From Oscillospiraceae bacterium (lineage in GTDB: Bacteria > Bacillota > Clostridia > Oscillospirales > Ruminococcaceae), in NCBI GenBank assembly GCA_035447605.1, contig DAOTHJ010000006.1, positions 14,488-78,487 on the forward strand: DNA of 64,000 bases, written 5' to 3'. Shown here one piece after another: positions 18,394-28,545 of this stretch. The position numbers and the translations under genes are program-made. Within the stretch, counting starts at the first letter, position 1. Every line of letters starts with the position of its first letter. The notes under the pieces were generated by a model. The model was not told the origin of the DNA. It did not search any database and saw only the letters and a list, made by a program, of their open reading frames with translations.

Positions 18394-18438
18394 AAGACCG
18401 GAGACGAATTTTCGCCTCCGGTCTTTTTTTGTTTTTTG
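18394..18438 (+). terminator. Intrinsic terminator
   Basis: agaccggag..ctccggtct stem followed by a long T-run. Confidence 0.75.
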
Positions 18439-18645
18439 GGAAACGAGCGTGCCGACCGCGGATGGATTCCGCCGCGACAGAGCGCTTGTTTGATATTTCG
18501 GTGAGAGGAAAGGGCCGACCTTTCCACCACGAAACGGACAGTCTCATAGTATCCAAACCGGGATAACCGTCTTTGCGGCTCCAAATGGCTTCAGCGGATT
18601 CCGCAGGCATCCGCCGGACGGTTTAGGGGTCTTTGTTTTATATTT

Positions 18646-20010
18646 TTATTCGGTGATGTTTTTTGCCCGTCTCTCCCAGCGGCCGCTCTTAAAGTACCAG
18701 AACATCAGCAGGCTGCAGAGCACCCATGCTGCGGGGTAGCCCATGACGACCGCGATCGCCGTATTGAAGACGCGCGAGATCACAAAAAGGTAGATCTGAC
18801 GGAACACGACGAAGGTGGAGAGCATATAGATCATCGGCGTCATGGAGTCCCCCGCTCCGCAGAGCGCCCCGGCGAGCACCTGATTGACACAGCAGATGCA
18901 GTAGAACGGCGAGACGATCCGGCAGAAGAGGACGCCGTACGCCACGACCTCCGGATCGTTGGTGAAGAGCCTCACCACCGGTTCCGCAAAGATCTCGATC
19001 ACAGCCATCAGTACGAGCGTCGCGAAGATGGCCATCTTCGTTGTCACGCCGATGCCCTTTCTAGCCCGTTTCAGGTTGTTTGCGCCAAGGTTCTGGCCGA
19101 CAAAGGTCGTGACGCTCAGCGCGAGGCTCTGCATCGGCAGGAACATGAACTGGTCGATCTTGCCGTAAACGGACCAGCCCGCCATGCAGGCCGAACCGAA
19201 AAAGTTGATATAGGACATGACAAAGACGTTGGAGAAGGAGGTGATCATCATGCGGAACGCCGTGGGCAGGCCGACGAGGACCACTTTTTTGAGAATGGGC
19301 CAGACCACCTTCAGACGGTTCCAGTGCAGGCGATAGATCGCATCCGTCCTCGTGAGGGAAAACAGAATCAGCAGGGCCGATACCGCCTGAGAGATCACGG
19401 TCGCCCACGCCGCGCCCGCGATGCCCATGCCGTAATTGAGCACGAAATCCAGGTCGAGCGCCATATTGAGCACCGAGGAGACGATCAGAAAATAAAGCGG
19501 ACGCCGGGAATCGCCGACCGCGCGCAGAATGCCGGCGCCCATATCATATATCATGGTAAAGGAGATTCCGGAAAAATAGATGCTCAGGTAGGTATGGGCG
19601 TCCTCATACACGTCGGCGGGTGTGGCCATCAGCCGCAGCATCGGGTTGACCATCAGGATTCCGATCGCCGTAAAAATCAGGCAGAGGCCGAACGTGCAGA
19701 GCATGACGGTATGCACGGCATCCTCGACGCCTTTTTTATCCTTTGCTCCGAAATACTGCGCGACGACGACGCTCGCGCCGGTGGAGAGGCCGCTTGAGCA
19801 GCCGATCAGGACGTTGATGATGTTGGCGGTGGAGCCGACTGCCGCCAGCGCCTCCTTGCCGACAAACCGGCCGACGACGACGCTGTCCACCGTATTATAG
19901 AGCTGCTGAAACAGGTTGCCGATCAGAAGCGGAACGGAAAACAGCACCAGCAGCTTCCAGATCGTACCCTCGGTCATCTGCAGTTCTTTGTTCTTTCCAA
20001 AAAGCTTCAT
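18646..20010 (-). CDS. MATE family efflux transporter
   Basis: 12-TM-like profile with the N-terminal ..LLIGNLFQQLYNTVDSVVVGRFVG.. MATE signature. Start at MKLFGK after GGAAGGAGGG. Confidence 0.85.
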   Translation of the reverse strand: MKLFGKNKELQMTEGTIWKLLVLFSVPLLIGNLFQQLYNTVDSVVVGRFVGKEALAAVGSTANIINVLIGCSSGLSTGASVVVAQYFGAKDKKGVEDAVHTVMLCTFGLCLIFTAIGILMVNPMLRLMATPADVYEDAHTYLSIYFSGISFTMIYDMGAGILRAVGDSRRPLYFLIVSSVLNMALDLDFVLNYGMGIAGAAWATVISQAVSALLILFSLTRTDAIYRLHWNRLKVVWPILKKVVLVGLPTAFRMMITSFSNVFVMSYINFFGSACMAGWSVYGKIDQFMFLPMQSLALSVTTFVGQNLGANNLKRARKGIGVTTKMAIFATLVLMAVIEIFAEPVVRLFTNDPEVVAYGVLFCRIVSPFYCICCVNQVLAGALCGAGDSMTPMIYMLSTFVVFRQIYLFVISRVFNTAIAVVMGYPAAWVLCSLLMFWYFKSGRWERRAKNITE

Positions 20011-20249
20011 CGGGCCCTCCTTCCTGCAAAAAAAGCGAACAGGATTCATTCTATCACGGATCTTTCCCAAAGGGAAGAGAATCCGCGGAATTCAGGAAAT
20101 CCTGCATTTTTTCAGCTTTTTCCGCCGAATTCTATGCAAAATGAAGCCTCCGCCGCCCCCAAAAACGCCCGGCCTTCTCTTCCAAAACGGCGGCGTTTCT
20201 TCAAAATGCGGATCCGGAGAGATGTTTTTGCAGAAAAAGAGATCCGGGA

Positions 20250-20279
20250 TTGACATTTGCGAGTATACTGTGGTATATT
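20250..20279 (+). promoter_or_regulatory. Promoter of the cysE-cysS leader
   Basis: TTGACA (20250-20255), 18 nt, TATATT (20274-20279) preceded by TGg. Confidence 0.6.
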
Positions 20280-20282
20280 CAT

Positions 20283-20575
20283 CTCAACATCATCGAAATG
20301 CGTCCGACCGGGAGAAGTAGCCGTTTGCCGGCGCGCCAGAGAGAGCCCGCGTATGCTGAAAGCGGGGTTCGCGAAGGAGCGGCGAAATGCACCCGGAAGC
20401 ACGGAAGGGGAAACCGATTGCCTGCTTTGCAGCAAAGGCACGGGAGTATCCGACTGCGGGAGTTCCCGTTACAGAACGGCGTCCTGATCGGGATGCACTG
20501 AGTGAAAAACCGGAGTGGAACAGCGGGATTCGTACCGCCTCCGTCGCAGTTGTTGCGGCGGGGGCGTTTTTTATT
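20283..20575 (+). promoter_or_regulatory. T-box riboswitch leader, cysteine specifier (UGC)
   Basis: AGAGAG stem-I element at about 20338. GAAA-UGC-A specifier context at 20384-20391 (UGC at 20388-20390). T-box-like aaaccggaGTGGaACaGCGgg at 20507-20527. Terminator cgcctccgtcgc/gcggcgggggcg plus T-run at 20536-20572. Located directly upstream of cysE-cysS. Confidence 0.75.
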
Positions 20576-20609
20576 TTTTCAGTATTTTTAGCCAAAGGAG
20601 GTAACACGA

Positions 20610-21320
20610 ATGTTTGACAATCTGCGGGCGGATATCCGTGCGGTAAAAGAGAGGGACCCGGCGGCGAGAAACAGCGTCGAAGTGCTGCTTCTCTACTCGG
20701 GCCTGCATGCGATCATGTGGCACCGGCCGGCCTACTGGCTCTATCAGCATAAATGGTATTTCCTTGCGAGGGCGATCTCCCAGATGGTGCGCCATACGAC
20801 CGGCATCGAGATCCATCCGGGCGCGAAACTGGGGCGCGGCATCCTGATCGACCACGGCGCCGGCGTCGTGATCGGCGAGACGGCCGAGGTCGGCGACGGG
20901 TGCACGATCTATCAGAACGTCACCCTCGGCGGCACCGGCAAGGATACCGGCAAGCGCCATCCGACGCTCGGAAAGGATGTTCTTGTCGGCTGCGGCGCGA
21001 AAATTCTCGGGCCCTTCACGGTCGGCGACGGCGCCAAAATCGCGGCCAACGCGGTCGTTCTGGGGCCGATTCCCGCGGGCGCGACGGCCGTCGGCGTGCC
21101 GGCGAGAGTGGTGCGCATCCACGGCGTCAAGATCGAGCAGCTCGACCAGGTCCATATTCCGGACCCGATTGCACAGGAGCTCTGCCGCCTGCGCTCCGAG
21201 GTCGAGCGGCTGGAAAAAGAGATGGCAACCTGCGTGAAAAAGGATCCCTCTGAGGAGCCTGTTCCCGAAGAGGAGCCGAGAGAGATTCCCATGGATGGGG
21301 ATTCCTTCTGTATGCTGTAA
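20610..21320 (+). CDS. cysE: Serine O-acetyltransferase
   Basis: ..[20 protein letters not shown]..., then hexapeptide repeats [31 protein letters not shown]... Confidence 0.9.
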   Translation: MFDNLRADIRAVKERDPAARNSVEVLLLYSGLHAIMWHRPAYWLYQHKWYFLARAISQMVRHTTGIEIHPGAKLGRGILIDHGAGVVIGETAEVGDGCTIYQNVTLGGTGKDTGKRHPTLGKDVLVGCGAKILGPFTVGDGAKIAANAVVLGPIPAGATAVGVPARVVRIHGVKIEQLDQVHIPDPIAQELCRLRSEVERLEKEMATCVKKDPSEEPVPEEEPREIPMDGDSFCML

Positions 21321-21351
21321 AATAAGCGGAAGATAAACCGGAGGGTATAAC

Positions 21352-22749
21352 ATGAAAATCTACAACACGATGTCCAGACAGAAAGAGGAGCTTGTGCCGA
21401 TCGCGCCCGGTGAATACAGGATCTACGCCTGCGGGCCGACGGTCTACAACTTCATTCATATCGGAAACGCGCGCCCGATCTGCATCTTCGACGTGCTTCG
21501 CCGCTACCTTGAATACAAGGGGAACAAGGTCACTTTCGTCCAGAATTTCACGGACATCGACGACAAACTGATCCGCCGCGCCGCCGAGGAGAACACGACC
21601 GTGAAGGAACTCGCGGAGCGCTATATCCGCGAGTATCAGACCGACGCCGCGGGCCTCGGCGTTCTCCCGGCGACGATCCATCCGAAGGCCACCGACACGA
21701 TCCCGGAGATCATCCGGATCGTCAAGGGCCTTGAAGAAAAGGACTATGCCTACGCGCTCCCGGACGGCAGCGTCTACTTCCGCACCCGGAAATTCGACCG
21801 CTACGGCAGACTCTCCGGCCAATCCGTCGACGATCTTGAATCCGGCGCCCGCATCGACGTGGATGAGGAGAAGGAGGATCCGCTCGACTTCTGCCTTTGG
21901 AAGGCCGCAAAGCCGGGCGAGCCGAGTTGGGAATCCCCGTGGGGCGAAGGGCGTCCCGGCTGGCACATCGAGTGCACCGCCATGATCAACAAATATCTGG
22001 GCGAGACCATCGACATCCACTGCGGCGGGCAAGATCTGATCTTCCCCCATCATGAAAACGAGATCGCGCAGGGCGAATGCTACTCCGGCAAGCCCTACGT
22101 TCATTACTGGATGCACAACGGCTATATCAACGTCGACAACGTCAAGATGTCGAAGAGCCTCGGCAACTTCTTCACCGTACGCGAGGTGGCGGAGAAATAC
22201 GGCTACGAGCCGATCAAATTCATGATGATTCAGGCCCATTACCGCATGCCGCTCAACTACACGCTCGCGGTCATCGAATCCTGCCGGGCCTCGCTCGACC
22301 GGCTTTACACCTGCCGCGGCAACCTCGATTTCGCGATTCAAAACGGCCTCGGCGAAAAGACCGACGGCGAAGACGAATTCCTTGCCTCCATCAAGGCGAG
22401 GAAGGAGGCCTTCGATGCCGCCATGGACGACGACCTCAACACCGCCGATGCCGTGGCCGCGATCTTTGATCTTGCGAAGGACATCAACAGCTTCATCACC
22501 GTTCCGCGCTCCAAAGCGGCGCTCACGGAGGCCGCGGATCTCTTCGATATGCTGACCGGCGTGCTCGGCATCCTCTACAACCGCAAAACCGAGGACCTCG
22601 ACGCGGAGATCGAAGCGAAGATCGCCGCCCGCGAGGCCGCCAGAAAAGCGAAAAACTGGGCCGAGGCCGACCGCATCCGCGACGAGCTCAAGGCGGAGGG
22701 CATCCTGCTTGAGGATACCCCGCAGGGCATTAAATGGAAGCGCGCCTGA
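21352..22749 (+). CDS. cysS: Cysteine--tRNA ligase
   Basis: [16 protein letters not shown]..., HIGNARP (HIGH motif), KMSKSLGN (KMSKS motif). 465 aa. Confidence 0.95.
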   Translation: MKIYNTMSRQKEELVPIAPGEYRIYACGPTVYNFIHIGNARPICIFDVLRRYLEYKGNKVTFVQNFTDIDDKLIRRAAEENTTVKELAERYIREYQTDAAGLGVLPATIHPKATDTIPEIIRIVKGLEEKDYAYALPDGSVYFRTRKFDRYGRLSGQSVDDLESGARIDVDEEKEDPLDFCLWKAAKPGEPSWESPWGEGRPGWHIECTAMINKYLGETIDIHCGGQDLIFPHHENEIAQGECYSGKPYVHYWMHNGYINVDNVKMSKSLGNFFTVREVAEKYGYEPIKFMMIQAHYRMPLNYTLAVIESCRASLDRLYTCRGNLDFAIQNGLGEKTDGEDEFLASIKARKEAFDAAMDDDLNTADAVAAIFDLAKDINSFITVPRSKAALTEAADLFDMLTGVLGILYNRKTEDLDAEIEAKIAAREAARKAKNWAEADRIRDELKAEGILLEDTPQGIKWKRA

Positions 22750-22777
22750 GCGAATTTTTTTGAGAGAAAATAAAAAG

Positions 22778-22828
22778 CATCCCGCTCCGGCGGCAGCATT
22801 TCGCTGCGGCAGGGGCGGGATGTTTTTA
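22778..22828 (+). terminator. Intrinsic terminator of cysS
   Basis: catcccgc...gcgggatg outer stem with a gcagc/gctgc inner stem, followed by TTTTT. Confidence 0.65.
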
Positions 22829-22985
22829 TGCTGGTTTTCGACCGGGTACGAAAATCTCTCCCGAATGATTTTTTGATTTATAGATTACCCGGGCCCCGTT
22901 TTCGTCGGCCCGAAAGGTTCCAGTTTAAATAGCCCGGCGGCGGTGGCGTTTCTCTGCCCCTCACAAGACGTGTCCCGAAACTTTT

Positions 22986-23020
22986 TAAAAAGCTCCCGTT
23001 TCAAAAACAGGAGCTTTTTT
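22986..23020. terminator. Bidirectional terminator (serves the MFS gene on the minus strand)
   Basis: aaaaagctcc ... ggagcttttt. Confidence 0.65.
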
Positions 23021-23077
23021 ACACAGTTTGAATTGGAAAAATTCCCGGCCGTTCTTTCTTATAAGGCGAAAATTCCG

Positions 23078-24244
23078 TCACGCGCCGGCCTTTTTTCGGA
23101 TCCGGCTGAGGCGCTCGGAGACAGCCACGGTTCCGGCGAGGAACAGCAGCAGAAAATACGGCAGAAGCGCCATCGAAATATGTTCGCCGAACCAGCCGAA
23201 GATCGGCGGCAACAGCGCGGAACCCACATAGGCGATCGCAATCTGAACGCCCATCACGGCCTTCGCGGCCTCCTTGCCGAAGATATCCGGCGTACTGCGC
23301 AGCGTGGTCGGATAAATCGGGCCGCAGCCCATGCCGGTCAGCAGGAATCCGGCGGGAAGAATCCCCTCCCCCGCCGGGATCAGCAGGCAGAGGATGCCAA
23401 GTGCCGCGGCGCCCTCCCCCAGCCGGACGATCGTCTGCCCGGGCAGCTTCATGGCGAGAAAGCCGCAGCTGATCCGGCCCAGCGCGATTCCAAGAAAAAA
23501 CAGGGAGATCCATCTCGCCGCGGCGGCCTCCGTGACTCCGCGCGCGAGCACCAGATAGCTGCTCCCCCAGAGGAAAGCGGTGCCCTCCACGGCATTATAG
23601 AGCACCAGCGTGCCGGATGCCTCCGCGATGCCGCGCAAATGAAGGATCTCCCTCACCGTCATGGAGGGGGCGGCGGAATCCTCCGGCCGAATGTTGGCGA
23701 AGCCCGCCCTTTTCCACTGCGGCAGCGAGAGAAAGATCAGCGCCGCAAATAGCAGCGTTGCCCGGCCGATCGCCGCATAGCCGCCGCGCCAGTTTCCTTC
23801 TCCGAGAAAAAAGGCCATGACGTAAGGCCCGGCCATCGCGCCAAAGCTCCAGAAGCCGTGCAGCCAGCTCATGCACCACACCGGCAAATGGAGCGCCGCA
23901 AAGCTGTTCATCGAGACATCCAGAAAGCCCATACCGAGGCCGAGCGGCACGCAGAAAAGCAGATAAAGCCAATAGCTCCCGCCCGCCGAGATCCCCAGAA
24001 GCGACAGCGCCATTAAAAAAAGGCAGCTCCCGATCGAGACCCCGGTGCTCATTCTGCGGGAGAGCCGCCCGCTGAAAAAACTGGCCGTCACCATCGCGCC
24101 CTGAAGGGCGAAAGAAAGCCAGCCCGCCCACGGGAACGGCACCCCGAACTCCGGATAGGCCGCGGGCCAGACGGTGCCGATCAGGGAGTTCGGCGCCCCG
24201 AGAAAAAGGAACGAGAGAAAAATCAGAACCGCAATTCCAATCAT
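23078..24244 (-). CDS. MFS transporter
   Basis: 388 aa with 12 predicted hydrophobic segments and an MFS-like loop motif (SGRLSRRM). Confidence 0.75.
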   Translation of the reverse strand: MIGIAVLIFLSFLFLGAPNSLIGTVWPAAYPEFGVPFPWAGWLSFALQGAMVTASFFSGRLSRRMSTGVSIGSCLFLMALSLLGISAGGSYWLYLLFCVPLGLGMGFLDVSMNSFAALHLPVWCMSWLHGFWSFGAMAGPYVMAFFLGEGNWRGGYAAIGRATLLFAALIFLSLPQWKRAGFANIRPEDSAAPSMTVREILHLRGIAEASGTLVLYNAVEGTAFLWGSSYLVLARGVTEAAAARWISLFFLGIALGRISCGFLAMKLPGQTIVRLGEGAAALGILCLLIPAGEGILPAGFLLTGMGCGPIYPTTLRSTPDIFGKEAAKAVMGVQIAIAYVGSALLPPIFGWFGEHISMALLPYFLLLFLAGTVAVSERLSRIRKKAGA

Positions 24245-24531
24245 CGGTTACCTCCGGGCATCTCCGGAAATTTTGTACCGCCGGCCGCCGCGCCGATTCG
24301 GGCAGGCGTTTAGAGCATCCCCCGACCCTTCGGCGGGCACGGCCTTCCGGTCAGGCTGTTCCGGACAGAACATTTCTTTTGGCCGCAAAGCTCCTCCGGA
24401 TGTCTTCTGTAGAAATGTCCGGGGGATTGCCCCGCCCTCCGGCAAGCAAAGCCCCGGCGGTTTTTATCTTTTTATTTCCATCGCAAGGAATGCGAAATGA
24501 AATATTTGTCTCATGCTGCCGCGACAGGCGC

Positions 24532-25587
24532 TTAAAGCGTCGTCGTGACCTTCGGGCAGGAGCGGAACACGCCGACCTCCAGCCCTTTCTGCTCCGCCGC
24601 GGCGATGCCGAAAACGAACATGGGCAGGATGTTGCCGACCGGGGCGAGGCGCTGGGAGACGTACTTCTGATAGAGCGGCAGGATGTTCGGATGCTCCGGC
24701 ACGGCGACGCCCTCCTGCGCGACGGCTACGACTTTTCCGCCATGTTTGGCGATGTCCGAAGCCATGCGGAGAAGCTCCGCCTCGCCCGGTCCCGCCGGGA
24801 TGAAGACGAACGCGGCGAATCCCTCCTCCACGAGCTCAAACGGCCCGTGGCGGAACTGCGCGGCCTCGAAGCAGACCGCCGGATATTTTGCGGTCTCTTT
24901 GATAAAGAGCGAGCCGTCGTCCGCGGTGCAATAGCTCCAGCCGCGGGCGATCACGGCAAGATACGGCGGCAGGCCGAGGAAGCTCCGGACGGACTCCTTC
25001 CACTCGCCGAAATGCCCAACGGATTCCTCAAGATCATCCAGCGCGAGCACGAGATCCCCATATGCCTTCTCCGTGCTGCGGCCGAGCATGGCCTCGGTGA
25101 CGAGGTGCATCAGCAGCGTCGGGGCGAGATAGGAGCGCGTGCTCGCGGATTTCTCCGTCTCCATATGGAGCAGCAGTGTGAGGTTGCCGCGTTTGGCGAG
25201 CGTGCTCTGCGGATCGTTGGTGACGGCGAGAACAAAGGTCTCCGCCGGCAGCCTGCGGCAGAGCTCCGCAATCTCGGCGCTCTCGCCGGACTGCGAGACC
25301 ATGATGACAAGAGTATCCGTCCCGACGGAAGGAAGCCGGTACAGCAGAAGGTCGCTCGCGATCACGGCCGAGGCGTTAAAACCCGCGTTCGCGAGCTCCG
25401 CGGCCGGATTGAGCACGATGGAATAGGAGCTGCCCATCCCGGCGAGCACGATATTCCTATATGCCGAGGGATCTATTCGACCGACCTGCTGGGGATAGCC
25501 GGCGGCCATATAAAAATCGAGGCACCGCTTCATATCGGCGGCCAGGTGGAAAATATCCTCTTCACAAAAATTTGCGGGCGTGTACAT
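24532..25587 (-). CDS. Double-SIS-domain sugar-phosphate isomerase/deglycase (GlmS-isomerase / FrlB / AgaS-like)
   Basis: ..VLAGMGSSY.., ..VIMVSQSGESAE.., a second SIS half, 351 aa. Confidence 0.8.
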   Translation of the reverse strand: MYTPANFCEEDIFHLAADMKRCLDFYMAAGYPQQVGRIDPSAYRNIVLAGMGSSYSIVLNPAAELANAGFNASAVIASDLLLYRLPSVGTDTLVIMVSQSGESAEIAELCRRLPAETFVLAVTNDPQSTLAKRGNLTLLLHMETEKSASTRSYLAPTLLMHLVTEAMLGRSTEKAYGDLVLALDDLEESVGHFGEWKESVRSFLGLPPYLAVIARGWSYCTADDGSLFIKETAKYPAVCFEAAQFRHGPFELVEEGFAAFVFIPAGPGEAELLRMASDIAKHGGKVVAVAQEGVAVPEHPNILPLYQKYVSQRLAPVGNILPMFVFGIAAAEQKGLEVGVFRSCPKVTTTL

Positions 25588-25598
25588 ATCGCTCCTCC

Positions 25599-26708
25599 TT
25601 ATTTTGTTGTGACGGCGTGCAGCAGATCCTCCGCGGAGGCCGGACTGCCCGTTTTGACGAGAAATCTGCCGGAGAGATTCCCCAGCAGCGCACAGTCGGC
25701 GGCCGGCAGATCCAGCGCCGCGCCGAGACAGTATCCCGAATTATAATTGTCGCCGGCCCCGGTCGTCAGAACCGGATCCTCGACGCGCTCAACCGGCACA
25801 AAGCCGTATCCTTTTCCGATTTCCACGGCGTAGGAGCCGTCCGGCACATGCACGGCGACCTCGTCCACCGGAAATTCCGCGCAGAGCTCTTCGACGAGCC
25901 GCTCGGAGAATTCCCTCTCCGCTCTTCCGAACCAGCTGTTATAAACGGCGAGGAATTCCTTCCGGTTGAGGCCGACGGCGACGGTATAGCGCCTCCGCAG
26001 CCCGCGGATCGCGTCGAAAAGCTCCCGGAACTGCTCCCCCGTCTTGGCCGAGGGATCGGCGAGATCGAAAAACGCGAGGCGCTTGCAGCCCTCCGGCCGG
26101 GGCGCCATCCACGGCAGAATCTCCGAAAGGATGCCCCCGAGGATGTCCGCGGATTTCGACAGACTGCTCCAGTTTGCGTAGCCGAAGACGTCCGCCTCCT
26201 CAAACGTGCGGGCCAGTTCCTCAAGGCCGGCGGCCTCTTTGATCCGCGCCCAGTCGATGCCGTCGAGCTTTTCACCTTCGCCGAACATCAGCTTCCCGTC
26301 CTGAAACTCCATGTTGAACGACGGCGCGTAGTCGCAGACGGAGATGACCTTCGCTTTTTCGCAGAGCGGGGCGAAATGCTTATCCGGCTCCGGCCAGCCC
26401 ATCGCGCCGATGCAGGTGGTTTGAAAGCCCTTTTCCGCCAGCGCGAGCGCCATTAGCGGAGCGTTGCCGCCGAGCCGCTCCGAGACCGTATGGAACGCGA
26501 TATCGGAACTGATGCCCTGTTTGTTGTGGATGAATTCGGCGAATTCGCCGATGGTGGAGTAAAAAAGCTCCTCCGTCTGGCTCTTTTTGAGCCGTACAAG
26601 CCTGTCGAGGTAGCCGTCGAAACCAACCAACGCCCGGATGTTTGCCTCTCCGGAAATCACCGTTTCCAGCGCGGCGGCGATTCTGTTTTTATCGGGTGCG
26701 TACTTCAT
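25599..26708 (-). CDS. Ribokinase-superfamily sugar kinase (long form, PfkB / ADP-dependent-kinase-like)
   Basis: C-terminal ..VLTTGAGDNYNSGY.. (GAGD anion-hole motif). 369 aa. 11 nt upstream of the SIS gene. Confidence 0.65.
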   Translation of the reverse strand: MKYAPDKNRIAAALETVISGEANIRALVGFDGYLDRLVRLKKSQTEELFYSTIGEFAEFIHNKQGISSDIAFHTVSERLGGNAPLMALALAEKGFQTTCIGAMGWPEPDKHFAPLCEKAKVISVCDYAPSFNMEFQDGKLMFGEGEKLDGIDWARIKEAAGLEELARTFEEADVFGYANWSSLSKSADILGGILSEILPWMAPRPEGCKRLAFFDLADPSAKTGEQFRELFDAIRGLRRRYTVAVGLNRKEFLAVYNSWFGRAEREFSERLVEELCAEFPVDEVAVHVPDGSYAVEIGKGYGFVPVERVEDPVLTTGAGDNYNSGYCLGAALDLPAADCALLGNLSGRFLVKTGSPASAEDLLHAVTTK

Positions 26709-26711
26709 GGC

Positions 26712-27572
26712 TCATTCCTTCACGGAGCCTTCGGTCAGGCCCCGCACGATGTATTTTTGCAGACAGACCGCGAAGACGATCGGGGGCAGCGACGCGAGCA
26801 TGCCGCCGGTCATCATCAGGCCGTAATCGATCATATGGCGCGTTGTGAATTCCGAAATCGCAATGGTCAGCGTCTTGGCATTATAAGTGGAGGCGAAGAT
26901 CAGGGCGAACAGGAACTCATCCCAGCAGGTCAGCAGGGCGAAGATGCAGGTGGTGACGATGCCCGGCATGGCGAGCGGAAGGATGATTTTGCGGATGATC
27001 GTGAAGCGGGAGGCCCCGTCGATCAGCGCGGCCTCCTCAAGCGAGACCGGGATGCTCTCAAAATACGAGCGCAGAATCCAGATGACGAACGGCAGCACAA
27101 ACGACGTGTAGACGATCGTCAGAAAAATCTTGGAGTCGGTCATGTTGAATTTTACCATAATCATATAAAGCGGCAGCACGAGGGCCATCTCCGGCAGCAT
27201 CCGCATGGCGATGACGGAGATCATCATCTTGTCGCGGCCCCGAAATTTCATCCGCGCGAAGGCATAGGCGGCGAAGATGCCGATGACGACGCACAAAAGG
27301 GTCGCCGAGCAGCCGATCAAGAGGCTGTTGCGCATGGCGGTGCCGAAGGGAGGCACCTCGCCGGCGCTGATCGACACCTCCTTGAAACCGAGAAGCTGGA
27401 GGTAATTGTTGAGCGTCGGCTCCTCCGGCCACCAGTGCGGCGGCACGGCGATCAGCTCGACCTTATTGGAGATCGAGGAGATGATGAGCCAGAGGAACGG
27501 CAGGATGATATAGAGGAACAGCGCGGCCCCGGCAAGATAAAGAACGACGGTTTTTGTTCTGGAATTTTTCAC
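26712..27572 (-). CDS. Carbohydrate ABC transporter permease (MalG-like)
   Basis: EAA loop ..LEEAALIDGASRFTIIRKIILP.. and 6 TM segments. Confidence 0.9.
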   Translation of the reverse strand: MKNSRTKTVVLYLAGAALFLYIILPFLWLIISSISNKVELIAVPPHWWPEEPTLNNYLQLLGFKEVSISAGEVPPFGTAMRNSLLIGCSATLLCVVIGIFAAYAFARMKFRGRDKMMISVIAMRMLPEMALVLPLYMIMVKFNMTDSKIFLTIVYTSFVLPFVIWILRSYFESIPVSLEEAALIDGASRFTIIRKIILPLAMPGIVTTCIFALLTCWDEFLFALIFASTYNAKTLTIAISEFTTRHMIDYGLMMTGGMLASLPPIVFAVCLQKYIVRGLTEGSVKE

Positions 27573-27575
27573 GGC

Positions 27576-28466
27576 CTATTCCTCCTTTCCGCGCAGCACC
27601 CGGATATAGGCGAGCGCCATCAGCAGGATGACAAACGAGATGAGATAGGAGAGCGCTGCGCCGTAGCCGAACTTGCTCGACCCGAACGTCGCTTGATAAG
27701 TATAATAAGAAATGACCTGCGTGCCGTTTGCGGGGCCGCCCTTGGTCATGGTATAGACGATGTCAAAGACCTTGAAAGCCTCCATCGTGCGCGTAATCAG
27801 ACATACGAGGATGGAGGGACGGAGGATCGGCAGCGTGATGTAGCGGAAACGCTGAAAGACGTTGGCGCCGTCGATCATCGCGGATTCATAATAGGTCGGC
27901 GAGATGGTCTGAAGCCCGGCCATCAGGATTAAGGCGATCATCGCGTAGTTTTTCCACACATCCGCGAAGATCACGCAGTTCATGGCAAGAAACGGCTTGC
28001 CGAGCCAGCTCACATAGTTGTCGATGACGCCCGCTTCCAGCAGCAGGCCGTTGAGCGAGCCGTAGCTCGTATTGAAAATCCAGCTCCAGAGCACGCCGTT
28101 GACCACCGTCGGCAGCGCCCACGGCAAAATCAGCATCACGCGCAAAAAGCCCCGGAGTTTAAAATTCTGGGAGAGCAGCAGCGCGACGCCAAGCCCGATC
28201 ACAAACTCGGCGGCGACCGAGACGATTGTGAAATACAGGGTCCGTCCCGTGGAGGCCCAGAAATAGCTCTGTTTCAGAATGTCGATGTAGTTGGCGAGGC
28301 CCACAAATTCCCGGTTCACGCCCTGAGTCTTGAAAAAGCTCAGATAGAGCGCGTAGAGCAGCGGAATCAGGATGACCGCCGCGAGCAGAAGAAAGGCGGG
28401 TGCGAGATAAAAATACGGACGCCGGCCGTCTCTCCGTCCCGCATGCAAAAGGGATTGTCTGGGCAT
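27576..28466 (-). CDS. Carbohydrate ABC transporter permease (MalF-like)
   Basis: EAA loop ..YESAMIDGANVFQRFRYITLPIL.. Confidence 0.9.
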   Translation of the reverse strand: MPRQSLLHAGRRDGRRPYFYLAPAFLLLAAVILIPLLYALYLSFFKTQGVNREFVGLANYIDILKQSYFWASTGRTLYFTIVSVAAEFVIGLGVALLLSQNFKLRGFLRVMLILPWALPTVVNGVLWSWIFNTSYGSLNGLLLEAGVIDNYVSWLGKPFLAMNCVIFADVWKNYAMIALILMAGLQTISPTYYESAMIDGANVFQRFRYITLPILRPSILVCLITRTMEAFKVFDIVYTMTKGGPANGTQVISYYTYQATFGSSKFGYGAALSYLISFVILLMALAYIRVLRGKEE

Positions 28467-28545
28467 ATCCTACCCTCTTTTCCTGAGATTTCAAAGCAGG
28501 GGCGGGTTGTTCGCCCGCCCCTCTTTGAGAAAAACCGGTTTAAAA

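Noticed and set aside
18440-18645. A GC-rich, hairpin-prone 200-nt spacer between the carboxypeptidase terminator and the MATE gene stop, considered as a possible small RNA or riboswitch.
   Set aside because: I could recognise no conserved riboswitch core, promoter or terminator pairing. There is not enough evidence for a call without a covariance-model scan.
23078-24244. Treating the MFS transporter as part of the frl-like operon.
   Set aside because: A 288-nt gap separates it from the SIS gene and no functional link is evident. It is left as an independent gene.
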